58,289 bases of DNA, from NCBI GenBank assembly GCA_020628305.1, contig JAHDFH010000005.1, positions 1 to 58,289 on the forward strand, in the 5' to 3' direction. The translations under genes and the position numbers were made by a program. Below, in pieces: positions 49,946 to 58,289 of the stretch. Within the stretch, counting starts at the first letter, position 1. Each line of letters opens with the position of its first letter. This DNA is from Acidimicrobiales bacterium. GTDB taxonomy: Bacteria; Actinomycetota; Acidimicrobiia; Acidimicrobiales; SZUA-35. Below the pieces are notes generated by a model. That model was not told the DNA's origin, made no database searches, and saw only the letters and a list, made by a program, of their open reading frames with translations.

Positions 49946-50059
49946 TTAACCTTGCCTCTGTTTGTGACGGGGATTTTCGCAAATAACCCTAACCCGACCA
50001 GCTCGCCGGATCACTCTGCATTTTTCACAAATTGGTTTTGCGCTTGAACGTACTTTCAT
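49946..50059 (-). CDS. rpmJ: 50S ribosomal protein L36 (zinc-binding type)
   Basis: Own translation: [37 protein letters not shown]. Below the ORF-track size cut-off. Confidence 0.95.
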   Translation of the reverse strand: MKVRSSAKPICEKCRVIRRAGRVRVICENPRHKQRQG

Positions 50060-50077
50060 TGGAGTTCTTTTCAGTTT

Positions 50078-50296
50078 CTACTTATACCGATAGGTAATTC
50101 GACCTCGAGTTAAATCGTATGGAGTTAACTCGACTTGAACTTTGTCACCCGGCAAAATCCGAATGTAATGCCTGCGCATTTTTCCTGAGATATGCCCTAA
50201 GACTACGTGACCGTTTTCTAGCTCTACCCTAAACATAGCGTTGGGTAGAGATTCAACGATCGTGCCTTCCATTACGATGGCGTCTTCTTTAGCCAG
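50078..50296 (-). CDS. infA: Translation initiation factor IF-1 (probable CTG start)
   Basis: (L)[52 protein letters not shown]...RITYRYK. AAGGGG SD lies 6 nt upstream of CTG 50296. The upstream part of the listed ORF is not IF-1-like. Confidence 0.9.
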   Translation of the reverse strand: MAKEDAIVMEGTIVESLPNAMFRVELENGHVVLGHISGKMRRHYIRILPGDKVQVELTPYDLTRGRITYRYK

Positions 50297-50463
50297 GACA
50301 ATCCCCTTAGAAAATTTAACAAACAAAAGCTGGAGAAATTTTTCCCTGTAACCAGCGCGGCACAAAGAAAGCACTTAACTCCAGCGAATCCATGCTAGAT
50401 GGATAAAAGCCTTGCTCCAACCTTCATAACGTGTTAGTTGGGCATTTTTCTCAAAAGTTCTAC

Positions 50464-51021
50464 CTATTGAAGCGCTTTGAGGATGCGCTCGATCACTTCT
50501 GACTCTTCGCCGAGGCCATCAACGGTTTCCACGTAGCCAAGCTCATCAAAATATTGGATAACCGGCACAGTTTGCGATTCGTACAGCTCCAGGCGGGTCT
50601 TGATCGCATCAGCCACATCATCGTTGCGACCTCGCTTCAGGATGCGCTCGGTAACTTCTTCAATCGAGACATCTAAATTGATGGCCTTGTCGATTCCATC
50701 AGTTCCCAAGATATCTAGCAACCCCTTAGCCTGATCTATTGTGCGGGGAAATCCATCAAGGATGAATCCTTGAGCCACGACGTCATCCTGGTGCAACCGA
50801 TCGGCAACAATTTCAAGAATAGTGGCGTCATCAACCAGCTCACCAGCAGCAAGCAGAGGCTCCACCTTTTTGCCCAGCTCAGTTTGGTTCTCGATATTGG
50901 AGCGCAAGATATCGCCAGTTGAGAGGTGAATGACTCCCAAGGCTTCGACGATCTTGGCACATTGTGTGCCCTTACCAGAGCCTTGGCGTCCGAAAATAAT
51001 TAGCTTCTTGTTTTCACCCAT
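50464..51021 (-). CDS. adk: Adenylate kinase (short form, no zinc lid)
   Basis: IIFGRQGSGKGTQ P-loop, GFILDGFPRT, 185 aa. Confidence 0.95.
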   Translation of the reverse strand: MGENKKLIIFGRQGSGKGTQCAKIVEALGVIHLSTGDILRSNIENQTELGKKVEPLLAAGELVDDATILEIVADRLHQDDVVAQGFILDGFPRTIDQAKGLLDILGTDGIDKAINLDVSIEEVTERILKRGRNDDVADAIKTRLELYESQTVPVIQYFDELGYVETVDGLGEESEVIERILKALQ

Positions 51022-51054
51022 AGATACCTAAGTGTAAGCCCTATATGTAGAAAT

Positions 51055-52383
51055 CTACTTTAGAAAGCCTTCGTAATTTCGCTCCATCAACTGAGAGTTG
51101 ATTTGCTTGTTGATTTCAAGTGACACACCTACTGCAATCAAGATTGAAACACCACCGAAGGCTGCTAAACCGGCGCCACCACCAGAGTGCTGATCCAAAG
51201 CTATTGCCAGGCCAGCAGATGGAATCAGAGCCACAGCAGCGAGGAAGATAGAACCAGGGAATGTGATTCGGTTGAGAATCTTGGATAAGTACGTCTCTGT
51301 CTGTGGACCGGGGCGAACACCAGGGACAAAACCACCAGATTTGTTGAGCTCGTCGGCCTTGCGGGCTGGATCAAACGTAATTGCGTTGTAGAAATACGCG
51401 AAACCGATGATCAACAAGCTAAAGGAAATGAGATACAGCCAATGCGTTGGGCTGTAAAGGTCATTGTTCACGAAGTTCTGAATGTCGTTCCAAATGTTTG
51501 GATTCGATATTGGTCCAGCAGGTAGGAAGTTTGATACAAGAGTTGGCAGCTGAAACAAAGAAGAAGCGAAGATCACTGGAATCACACCGGCTTGGTTTAC
51601 TTTTAAGGGAATAAAGTTGCGGCCGCCTGAGTACTCCTTGCGGCCTACGATCTTGCGTGCGTAGTTAACAGGAATTTTGCGGATGCCTTGCTCTATGAAC
51701 ACAATGCCGGCTACCAAAGCAACAAGCAAGAACAACGAAACAATGAACCATGGGAGACCACGAACCGAGAGAATCTGGTCACCAATAGTAGGGATTGCTG
51801 CTACAACCGAGGCGAAGATCAGCACTGACATTCCGTTACCAATACCATTCTGTGTGACTAGCTCGGCTAACCACATGACGATACCCGTACCAACAGTCAT
51901 ACAAACAACAGCCAAGGCCATGTTTCCAAACGAGTCATCGTTAAACAAGCCAGTCAGTTCGGTTCCGAAAGCTCCTCGCTCAATAGCGAACACAGTACCG
52001 GCTGATTGAACCAATGCCAGGATTATAGTGATGTAGCGAGTCCACTGGGTAATCTTTCGCTGGCCCACAGCTCCCTGTGCTTGCCACTCTTCAAGCTTTG
52101 GTACAGCAACCGTCAGGATTTGGATCATGATCGATGCTGTGATGTAAGGAAGAACCCCTAGCGAGAACAACGAAGCACCCAAACCAGATCCCGTCAGGAG
52201 AGTAAGGAATGATGCAAAACCACCAGGCGATGCATCTTGATCGTTCAACGCAGCTAAGCCTTCAAGGTTTACACCTGGAGCTGGAATAGCTACCCCCAAC
52301 CGATAAAGGACAATCACGAAGATTGTGAACATTATCTTTTTTGATAGTTCCGGGGTCTTGAAAATATTGACAATGGTAGACAA
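51055..52383 (-). CDS. secY: Preprotein translocase subunit SecY
   Basis: 10-TM protein: LGVLPYITASIMIQIL, GGFVPGVRPG. Confidence 0.97.
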   Translation of the reverse strand: MSTIVNIFKTPELSKKIMFTIFVIVLYRLGVAIPAPGVNLEGLAALNDQDASPGGFASFLTLLTGSGLGASLFSLGVLPYITASIMIQILTVAVPKLEEWQAQGAVGQRKITQWTRYITIILALVQSAGTVFAIERGAFGTELTGLFNDDSFGNMALAVVCMTVGTGIVMWLAELVTQNGIGNGMSVLIFASVVAAIPTIGDQILSVRGLPWFIVSLFLLVALVAGIVFIEQGIRKIPVNYARKIVGRKEYSGGRNFIPLKVNQAGVIPVIFASSLFQLPTLVSNFLPAGPISNPNIWNDIQNFVNNDLYSPTHWLYLISFSLLIIGFAYFYNAITFDPARKADELNKSGGFVPGVRPGPQTETYLSKILNRITFPGSIFLAAVALIPSAGLAIALDQHSGGGAGLAAFGGVSILIAVGVSLEINKQINSQLMERNYEGFLK

Positions 52384-52423
52384 TTGGGTCTCCTATTGAG
52401 TCGGCTAGGAAATACTAGCCTAT

Positions 52424-52915
52424 TTAGCGGTTGGTGTGTTGATTACCCTTAGCCGCAGGACGTACCTTAAATGGCTTATCTAGAACCTCTACAGTTCCAC
52501 CAGCTTTAGCAATTGCATCTTCCGCCGAAGCTGAGAATGCATGCGCCTTGACTGTGACAGCTGAAGAGATATCTCCCCTGCCAAGAACCTTGATAAGAGC
52601 TTTCTTAGAAACCTTGCCTGCCTCGACCAGAACTTCTGGCGTAACCTCAGCGACACCAAGTTCTGAAATTGTGTCAAGATTGACAGCTTCGTATTCAACA
52701 CGGAAAGGGTTGGTGAAACCAGGAAGCTTCGGCGTACGGCGATACAGAGGAACCTGACCACCCTCGAAACCGACTGGCACTTTACCACGACCTCGAGACT
52801 GCTGACCTTTAGTACCCTTACCAGCGGTCTTACCGCCTTTGCCACCGATACCACGACCAAGTCGTTTACCTGATTTTCTTGAACCTTCTGCTGGTTGTAA
52901 ATCGTGCAACCTCAT
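52424..52915 (-). CDS. rplO: 50S ribosomal protein L15
   Basis: RLGRGIGGKGGKTAGKGTKGQ...FEGGQVPLYRRTPK. Confidence 0.96.
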   Translation of the reverse strand: MRLHDLQPAEGSRKSGKRLGRGIGGKGGKTAGKGTKGQQSRGRGKVPVGFEGGQVPLYRRTPKLPGFTNPFRVEYEAVNLDTISELGVAEVTPEVLVEAGKVSKKALIKVLGRGDISSAVTVKAHAFSASAEDAIAKAGGTVEVLDKPFKVRPAAKGNQHTNR

Positions 52916-52917
52916 TG

Positions 52918-53103
52918 CTACTCCTTAGCGTCTTGCACTTCGACGAGATGAGCCACGCGAGCAATCATCCCTCTAATTTCTGGGCGGTCTGGCAATACGT
53001 TGCTTGAACCAAGCTTAGTCAAACCTAGCGCACGAAGTGATCCTCGGTGCTTTGGTTTTGATCCAATTGCAGACTTAACCTGAGTTACTTTAATCTCGCT
53101 CAT
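52918..53103 (-). CDS. rpmD: 50S ribosomal protein L30
   Basis: [25 protein letters not shown], 61 aa. Confidence 0.95.
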   Translation of the reverse strand: MSEIKVTQVKSAIGSKPKHRGSLRALGLTKLGSSNVLPDRPEIRGMIARVAHLVEVQDAKE

Positions 53104-53684
53104 GCTGTTACCTCTTCTTCAGGTGCCTCAGCAGCAGATTTAGCATCTCGGAGAGTCTCCCGGTAAGAACCAAGAAGTGGCGCTGGAACAAATTCAGTCT
53201 CGTCCAAGCCACGAAGTTTAGCTACCTCATCTGGACGCTTGAGATTACGCAGAGCATCAATTGTTGCTCTAGCTACGTTGATTTGGTTGGCCGAACCCAA
53301 AGACTTACAAAGCACGTCTTTGATTCCGGCTTCTTCAAGGATTGAGCGAGCAGCTCCACCGGCAATAACACCAGTACCAGGAGCAGCTGGCTTAAGCATA
53401 ACTCGACCAGCTCCGTTCTCACCAATCACGGCGTGAGTGACTGTTCCACCTGCCATTGGCACATCAAACATCAACCTCTTCGCTTCTTCGGTTCCCTTTT
53501 GGATAGCCAACGGAACTTCTTTAGCTTTGCCATAGCCGAGACCTACTCGACCGTTAGCATCACCCATTACTACCAAAGCCGTGAAAGCAAACCTACGTCC
53601 ACCCTTCACTACCTTAGCAACACGGTTGATTGTGATTACCTTGGAATCTCGTTCTCTGTTTTCGTTACGATCATTATTTGACAT
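53100..53684 (-). CDS. rpsE: 30S ribosomal protein S5
   Basis: [27 protein letters not shown]. Start at ATG 53684 (AAGGAAG SD). Confidence 0.96.
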   Translation of the reverse strand: MSNNDRNENRERDSKVITINRVAKVVKGGRRFAFTALVVMGDANGRVGLGYGKAKEVPLAIQKGTEEAKRLMFDVPMAGGTVTHAVIGENGAGRVMLKPAAPGTGVIAGGAARSILEEAGIKDVLCKSLGSANQINVARATIDALRNLKRPDEVAKLRGLDETEFVPAPLLGSYRETLRDAKSAAEAPEEEVTA

Positions 53685-53694
53685 AGTTACTTCC

Positions 53695-54057
53695 TTAGAA
53701 TTCCAAACCTTGTTCACGTGCCGCATCTGCTAGTGCTGCAACTCGACCGTGGTAACGGTTACCGCCACGATCAAACACAACTGAAGAAACTCCTGCTGCC
53801 TTAGCACGCTCTCCAATGAGCTTGCCAACAGAGCTAGCGGCGTCCTTGTTGCTGGTGGTTCCAGCGGAGCGAACTTCCTTTTCGTAAGTCGAAGCAGAAG
53901 CTAGAGTCACACCCGTTGAATCATCGATCACCTGAGCGCTGATGTGGCTATTTGATCTGAAAATGCTGAGTCTTGGACGCTCTGTCGTCCCAGCGATGCG
54001 CTTACGCAAACGTCGCTGACGCTTAGAACGAGAAACAGCTTTACTCTTTACTGCCAT
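53695..54057 (-). CDS. rplR: 50S ribosomal protein L18
   Basis: [31 protein letters not shown]...[26 protein letters not shown]. Confidence 0.97.
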   Translation of the reverse strand: MAVKSKAVSRSKRQRRLRKRIAGTTERPRLSIFRSNSHISAQVIDDSTGVTLASASTYEKEVRSAGTTSNKDAASSVGKLIGERAKAAGVSSVVFDRGGNRYHGRVAALADAAREQGLEF

Positions 54058-54596
54058 TACTTGCCTGCCTTTCCGGCCTTACGCAAAATGCGCTCATCAA
54101 CATACTTAACACCCTTGCCCTTGTAAGGCTCTGGTGGTCGGAACGATCTAATCTCAGCTGCTACCTGACCAACGACCTGCTTATCAATTCCTGACACAGT
54201 GATCTTGGTTGGTTCTGGGACATCAAAGCTGATGCCTTCCGGAGCTTCGTAGTTAATTGGATGTGAGAACCCAAGAGCTAGTTCGAGCTTGTTTGTACCC
54301 TGCGCTTTAGCACGGTAACCCACACCAACGATCTCTAGCTCTTTCTTGAAACCTTCGCTTACCCCAATAACAGAGTTATTGATGAGCGAGCGGCTCAGAC
54401 CGTGAAGAGCTTTTGTGTTTCGCTCTTCGTTCAAACGAGCTAAAGTAATCTCGTTCTCTTCGATCTTAACTTCGATGTTCTCAGGAACTTTAACTTCTAG
54501 CGTACCTTTAGAACCCTTTGCGGTGAAGACAGCATCTGCAACAGACACTTCTACCCCACCCGGGATCGTTACTGGTGCGTTACCAATTCGAGACAT
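54057..54596 (-). CDS. rplF: 50S ribosomal protein L6
   Basis: [17 protein letters not shown]...GVGYRA...[11 protein letters not shown]. Confidence 0.97.
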   Translation of the reverse strand: MSRIGNAPVTIPGGVEVSVADAVFTAKGSKGTLEVKVPENIEVKIEENEITLARLNEERNTKALHGLSRSLINNSVIGVSEGFKKELEIVGVGYRAKAQGTNKLELALGFSHPINYEAPEGISFDVPEPTKITVSGIDKQVVGQVAAEIRSFRPPEPYKGKGVKYVDERILRKAGKAGK

Positions 54597-54602
54597 ATCT
54601 AC

Positions 54603-55007
54603 CTACCAGACGTAACAAAGAACTTCGCCGCCGATTCGCTCTCTGCGAGCTGCACGATCGGTTACTAGTCCTTTACTAGTGGACAAAATTACAACGCCCA
54701 AGCCCCCGAGAACTCGTGGGATGGCATCTTTCTTAGAATAAACCCGAAGACCTGGCTTTGACACACGCTTAAGTCCGCTGATAACTCTCTGACGGTCATC
54801 TGAGTACTTCATAGTAATTGTAAGTACCTGACCTTGGCCGTTGGGGTTATCGATTGCTGCGAACTCTTGAATGTAGCCCTCTTTTTTGAGAACTTCAGCC
54901 AGAGCTACTTTGAGTTTTGAAGCTGGCATCGACACTTCATCGTGCATTGCAATATTTGCGTTGCGGATTCGTGTGAGCATATCGGCTATTGGATCTGTCA
55001 TTGACAT
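54603..55007 (-). CDS. rpsH: 30S ribosomal protein S8
   Basis: [15 protein letters not shown]...GGEVLCYVW. Confidence 0.97.
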   Translation of the reverse strand: MSMTDPIADMLTRIRNANIAMHDEVSMPASKLKVALAEVLKKEGYIQEFAAIDNPNGQGQVLTITMKYSDDRQRVISGLKRVSKPGLRVYSKKDAIPRVLGGLGVVILSTSKGLVTDRAARRERIGGEVLCYVW

Positions 55008-55019
55008 GTGCTTTTCCTC

Positions 55020-55205
55020 CTACCAACTAGCCTTGGTCACACCAGGGATTTCTCCTCGGTGAGCCATTGAACGTAAACAAACTCGACAAAGGTTGAACCG
55101 GCGATAAACCGCACGAGGTCGACCACAGTTGCTGCAGCGTGTATAACCACGAACTTTAAACTTTGGAGTCTTCTTCTGCTTATTAACGAGCGCTTTCTTA
55201 GCCAT
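55020..55205 (-). CDS. rpsZ: 30S ribosomal protein S14 type Z (zinc-binding)
   Basis: 61 aa. [20 protein letters not shown] Cys4 motif. Confidence 0.96.
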   Translation of the reverse strand: MAKKALVNKQKKTPKFKVRGYTRCSNCGRPRAVYRRFNLCRVCLRSMAHRGEIPGVTKASW

Positions 55206-55777
55206 TATTGCGCCTGCCTTTCACCCTTGAATGGGAAGTTGAATGCTTCGAGTAGTTTCTTGCCTTCTTCGTTGGTTCGAGCCGAGGTCACGATCGTGAT
55301 ATCCATACCTCTGGTCTTTTCAACGGTGTCGTAGTTAATCTCAGGAAACATCAACTGTTCGGTGAGACCAAAAGTGTAGTTACCTGCACCATCAAACGAC
55401 TTAGGGTTCAATCCTCGGAAGTCACGAATACGTGGAATCGCAAGAGTCAACAGACGGTCGAAGAACTCCCACATCTGATTACCTCGAAGGGTAACCTTTG
55501 TTCCAATAGCGTTTCCTTCACGGACCTTGAAACTAGCAATAGAGTTCTTAGCTTTAGTTGCTACAGGCTTCTGACCTGCGATCAAAGCAAGGTCATCCAT
55601 TGCCTGCTCAAGGTTCTTTGAGTTAAGAATCGCTTCTCCGACACCCATGTTCACAACAATTTTGGTGAGTGTTGGAACTTCCATGATATTTCCAAGCTCA
55701 AGTTCCTCTTTAAGAGAAGCTTTTATGCTTTCGTTATAAACGGCTTTGAGCCTTGGCATAGTTTGAGCTGTAGTCAT
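55205..55777 (-). CDS. rplE: 50S ribosomal protein L5
   Basis: [11 protein letters not shown]...[10 protein letters not shown]...[19 protein letters not shown]. Confidence 0.97.
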   Translation of the reverse strand: MTTAQTMPRLKAVYNESIKASLKEELELGNIMEVPTLTKIVVNMGVGEAILNSKNLEQAMDDLALIAGQKPVATKAKNSIASFKVREGNAIGTKVTLRGNQMWEFFDRLLTLAIPRIRDFRGLNPKSFDGAGNYTFGLTEQLMFPEINYDTVEKTRGMDITIVTSARTNEEGKKLLEAFNFPFKGERQAQ

Positions 55778-56097
55778 TACTTAGCCTCCGGAATAGTTAC
55801 ATCAGTTCGCTTGCAGTAACGCTCTTTCACGTCACCATCCATGCGGTAGCCAACACGGGTTGCTTTTCCGTCTTTGGGAGAAACGATCGCCACGTTTGAA
55901 GCGTCCATTGGCATCTCTTTATCGACAATGCCACCTTGGTCTTCTTGCGAAGTCGCTTTCTTGTGACGTCGAGCAATATTTGCTCCCTCAACAATAACTT
56001 TGCCCCTTTTAGGGAAAGCTTTAACTACTTTGCCTTCGACACCGCGGTCTTTACCAGCGAGTATCACTACGTTGTCGCCTTTACGAATTTTCATCAC
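55777..56097 (-). CDS. rplX: 50S ribosomal protein L24
   Basis: [25 protein letters not shown] motif. Confidence 0.96.
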   Translation of the reverse strand: MMKIRKGDNVVILAGKDRGVEGKVVKAFPKRGKVIVEGANIARRHKKATSQEDQGGIVDKEMPMDASNVAIVSPKDGKATRVGYRMDGDVKERYCKRTDVTIPEAK

Positions 56098-56462
56098 AAC
56101 ACCTCCGGAGCAAGAGACACGATCCTCATGAATTTCTTATCACGAAGCTCTCGGCCCACGGGACCAAAGATACGAGTTCCTCTTGGCTCTTTCTGTTCAT
56201 TCACCAACACAGCAGCGTTTTCATCAAAACGAATGTAACTGCCATCTGGGCGACGTCGTTCTTTCTTGGTGCGCACAATTACACACTTAACGACTTCACC
56301 TTTCTTAACTGAAGCGCCTGGAATTGCATCCTTAACAGTGGCTACAATAATGTCACCGACACCGGCATAGCGACGACGCGAACCACCAAGAACCTTGATG
56401 CAAAGAATTTCCTTAGCACCTGAGTTATCAGCGATCTTAAGTCGAGACTCTTGCTGAATCAT
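56094..56462 (-). CDS. rplN: 50S ribosomal protein L14
   Basis: [27 protein letters not shown]. Confidence 0.98.
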   Translation of the reverse strand: MIQQESRLKIADNSGAKEILCIKVLGGSRRRYAGVGDIIVATVKDAIPGASVKKGEVVKCVIVRTKKERRRPDGSYIRFDENAAVLVNEQKEPRGTRIFGPVGRELRDKKFMRIVSLAPEVL

Positions 56463-56731
56463 CTTGCACGCTCCACGATTTCTAGAATTCTCCAGCGCTT
56501 CTTAGCAGAAAGCGGACGGGTCTCCACGATTCGAACTCTGTCACCAACGTTGAGATCGTTAGCTTCATCGTGCGTGAAGTACTTTGTCTTTGACTGAACG
56601 GTCTTGTTGTAACGGGGGTGGCGTGAACGGCGTGTTACTTCAATAACAGCTGTCTTATCCATCTTGGTTGAAACAACCAGACCTTCTCTAACTTTGCGGC
56701 TCTGAGAGCGATCTCTCTTTGCTGTTTCCAT
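56459..56731 (-). CDS. rpsQ: 30S ribosomal protein S17
   Basis: [31 protein letters not shown]...YFTHDEAN. Confidence 0.96.
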   Translation of the reverse strand: METAKRDRSQSRKVREGLVVSTKMDKTAVIEVTRRSRHPRYNKTVQSKTKYFTHDEANDLNVGDRVRIVETRPLSAKKRWRILEIVERAR

Positions 56732-56958
56732 TATGATTCTCCCTCAGCATTTGCTTGAGCTTCAGCGGCTGCAATCTCTCGACTGCGAATCTCTGTGTTT
56801 GCCTTAGCAATACTCTTTTTAGAAGCCTTTAGTAGAGATGTGTTCTCCAACTGTCCAGTAGCAAACTGGAAGCGGAGCTTAAACAACTCTTCTTTAGAAT
56901 CTGCTAGAGCTGTTACCAGCTCTGCATCTGTTAGTTCCGTTAACTCTTTCTTAGCCAT
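56731..56958 (-). CDS. rpmC: 50S ribosomal protein L29
   Basis: [18 protein letters not shown]. Start at the second ATG (56958), preceded by AGGATGG. An alternative ATG is at 56967. Confidence 0.93.
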   Translation of the reverse strand: MAKKELTELTDAELVTALADSKEELFKLRFQFATGQLENTSLLKASKKSIAKANTEIRSREIAAAEAQANAEGES

Positions 56959-57373
56959 CGAATCCATCCTGACGTGAAATAAATCGAGCCTTAACTGGAA
57001 GCTTTTGAATCGCGCGATCCGCAGCTAACCGAGCGGTCTTCTCATCTGGGAACGAGATCTCAAAGACAACTCGACCAGGTTTAACTACAGCAACCCAATA
57101 CTCAGGATTGCCCTTTCCAGAACCCATGCGGGTTTCAGCTGCACGTTGAGTGACAGGCTTGTCTGGGAAGATATTGATCCAGACTTTTCCACCTCGACGT
57201 ACGTGGCGTGTCATTGCAATACGGGCCGCTTCAATCTGGCGTGAAGTGATCCACCCTGGCTCAAGAACCTGAATCCCGAAATCACCATACGTAACTGTGT
57301 TTGCTCCCTTGGCAACACCGCGAGTGCGCCCACGATGAGCCTTTCTGAACTTTGTTTTCTTAGGCATCAACAT
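56951..57373 (-). CDS. rplP: 50S ribosomal protein L16
   Basis: [16 protein letters not shown]...[20 protein letters not shown]. Confidence 0.98.
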   Translation of the reverse strand: MLMPKKTKFRKAHRGRTRGVAKGANTVTYGDFGIQVLEPGWITSRQIEAARIAMTRHVRRGGKVWINIFPDKPVTQRAAETRMGSGKGNPEYWVAVVKPGRVVFEISFPDEKTARLAADRAIQKLPVKARFISRQDGFDG

Positions 57374-57375
57374 GA

Positions 57376-58230
57376 TTAATCATCTCCTGGACGGAACTTG
57401 TCGGTGCTTGACTTATCTTTGAGCGAAGCTTCTACTGCCTCTTCCTCAGCGAGAAGTCTTTCGAACTCTGGATCTGCTTCTTTAACAAGCGGCGCTGGCT
57501 CTACAACATCAGCTTCAGATGCTGGCTTTGAAGAGACAACACCAGGTGTTGCAGCTGGTGTTGCTACAGGGGCAGCCACTGGTTCTGGTGTTGGCTTGTA
57601 AGGAAGAATGTCGCCCTTGTAGAGCCAGACCTTTACACCAATGCGACCGAAAGTTGTATGCGCTTCACGGAAACCGTAGTCAACGTCAGCTCGGAGCGTG
57701 TGTAGCGGAACTCGACCTTCTCGGTACCATTCCGTACGGCTCATGTCAGCGCCGCCAAGCCGACCAGAGCTTTGAACTCGAATACCTTCAGCGCCAGCTT
57801 TCATTGCGTTCTGCAATGCACGCTTCATGGCACGACGGAAAGCCATACGGCCAACAAGCTGATCAGCCACACCTTGAGCAATCAAAGCAGCATCTAGTTC
57901 TGGCTGCTTGATCTCTACAATGTTGAGCTTAACGTTTGGGTTACCAGTGAGCTTAGTCAGGCCAGTGCGAAGGCGATCAGCTTCTGCACCCTTGCGCCCA
58001 ATAACAATTCCTGGACGGGCAGTGTGCACATCAATCTGAAGCTTGTCACGCGTGCGCTCTACTTCAATTCTTGAAATAGCAGCGTTGGGAAGCTGGTCCA
58101 TCAGGTACTTACGAACTGATGCATCTTCTGCCAGGTAATCACGGTACTCTTGGCGGTCAGCTATCCAGCGAGACTTCCAGTCTGTAACTACTCCAAGTCG
58201 AAACCCGTATGGGTGAACTTTTTGACCCAT
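57376..58230 (-). CDS. rpsC: 30S ribosomal protein S3 (with Pro/Ala-rich and acidic C-terminal extension)
   Basis: [16 protein letters not shown] domain, [31 protein letters not shown]. About 60-70 aa tail beyond the core. Confidence 0.97.
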   Translation of the reverse strand: MGQKVHPYGFRLGVVTDWKSRWIADRQEYRDYLAEDASVRKYLMDQLPNAAISRIEVERTRDKLQIDVHTARPGIVIGRKGAEADRLRTGLTKLTGNPNVKLNIVEIKQPELDAALIAQGVADQLVGRMAFRRAMKRALQNAMKAGAEGIRVQSSGRLGGADMSRTEWYREGRVPLHTLRADVDYGFREAHTTFGRIGVKVWLYKGDILPYKPTPEPVAAPVATPAATPGVVSSKPASEADVVEPAPLVKEADPEFERLLAEEEAVEASLKDKSSTDKFRPGDD

Positions 58231-58289
58231 TATTCGGTACCTTCCTTATCTTCTTCGTTCTCATCAGCTGCAGCTTCTTCGCTCGCTTC
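58230..58289 (-). CDS. rplV: 50S ribosomal protein L22, 3' end only (inferred from operon order)
   Basis: Open frame to the window edge ending ...[19 protein letters not shown]-stop, with TAATG overlap onto rpsC. Identity rests only on the conserved S10-operon order. Confidence 0.6.
   Translation of the reverse strand, partial: EASEEAAADENEEDKEGTE

Overview
This is a gene-dense window: every intergenic gap is under about 250 bp and four convergent gene pairs share overlapping stop codons. GC looks moderate, though I did not compute it. The gene order is that of an Actinomycetota chromosome with a streamlined layout.

Gene content in plus-strand coordinate order:
- Left end: partial cyclophilin, a HelD-like helicase split into two ORFs, a DHFR-family protein, hpt and a divergent GlpD-like flavoprotein.
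- ilvBNC with a leader-peptide attenuator that I found by hand.
- A nuclease-like ORF, tRNA-Gln(CUG), a YdcF-like protein, a thioredoxin-like lipoprotein, gltX and a DUF1996 protein.
- Three unassignable ORFs, then an ABC-2 exporter pair.
- groES-groEL with a CIRCE operator.
- An accessory block of about 12.6 kb: an ATP-grasp/GATase1 pair, a Tad/Flp pilus locus, a DUF4214-phosphodiester glycosidase, a sigma-like ORF and purU.
- tsaE-tsaB-rimI-tsaD.
- A LemA/M48-peptidase/ORFan/TetR block.
- acpS, a double-length GlmS-like protein, glmM, rpsI and rplM.
- truA, then the alpha/spc/S10 ribosomal-protein operons (rplQ through the 3' end of rplV) with secY, adk and infA.

I saw no CRISPR array, integrase, transposase, IS element or recognisable canonical defence system.

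The best candidates for something undescribed:
1. The 1136-aa GlmS-like enzyme sitting in the syntenic glmS slot.
2. A VWA::TadB fusion inside a rearranged Tad locus that lacks a visible pilin or prepilin peptidase.
3. The LemA/M48(+long C-terminal domain)/ORFan/TetR insertion.
4. The 14.6-16.5 kb cluster of unassignable ORFs.

All functional calls come from motif reading of the translations. No database search was possible.
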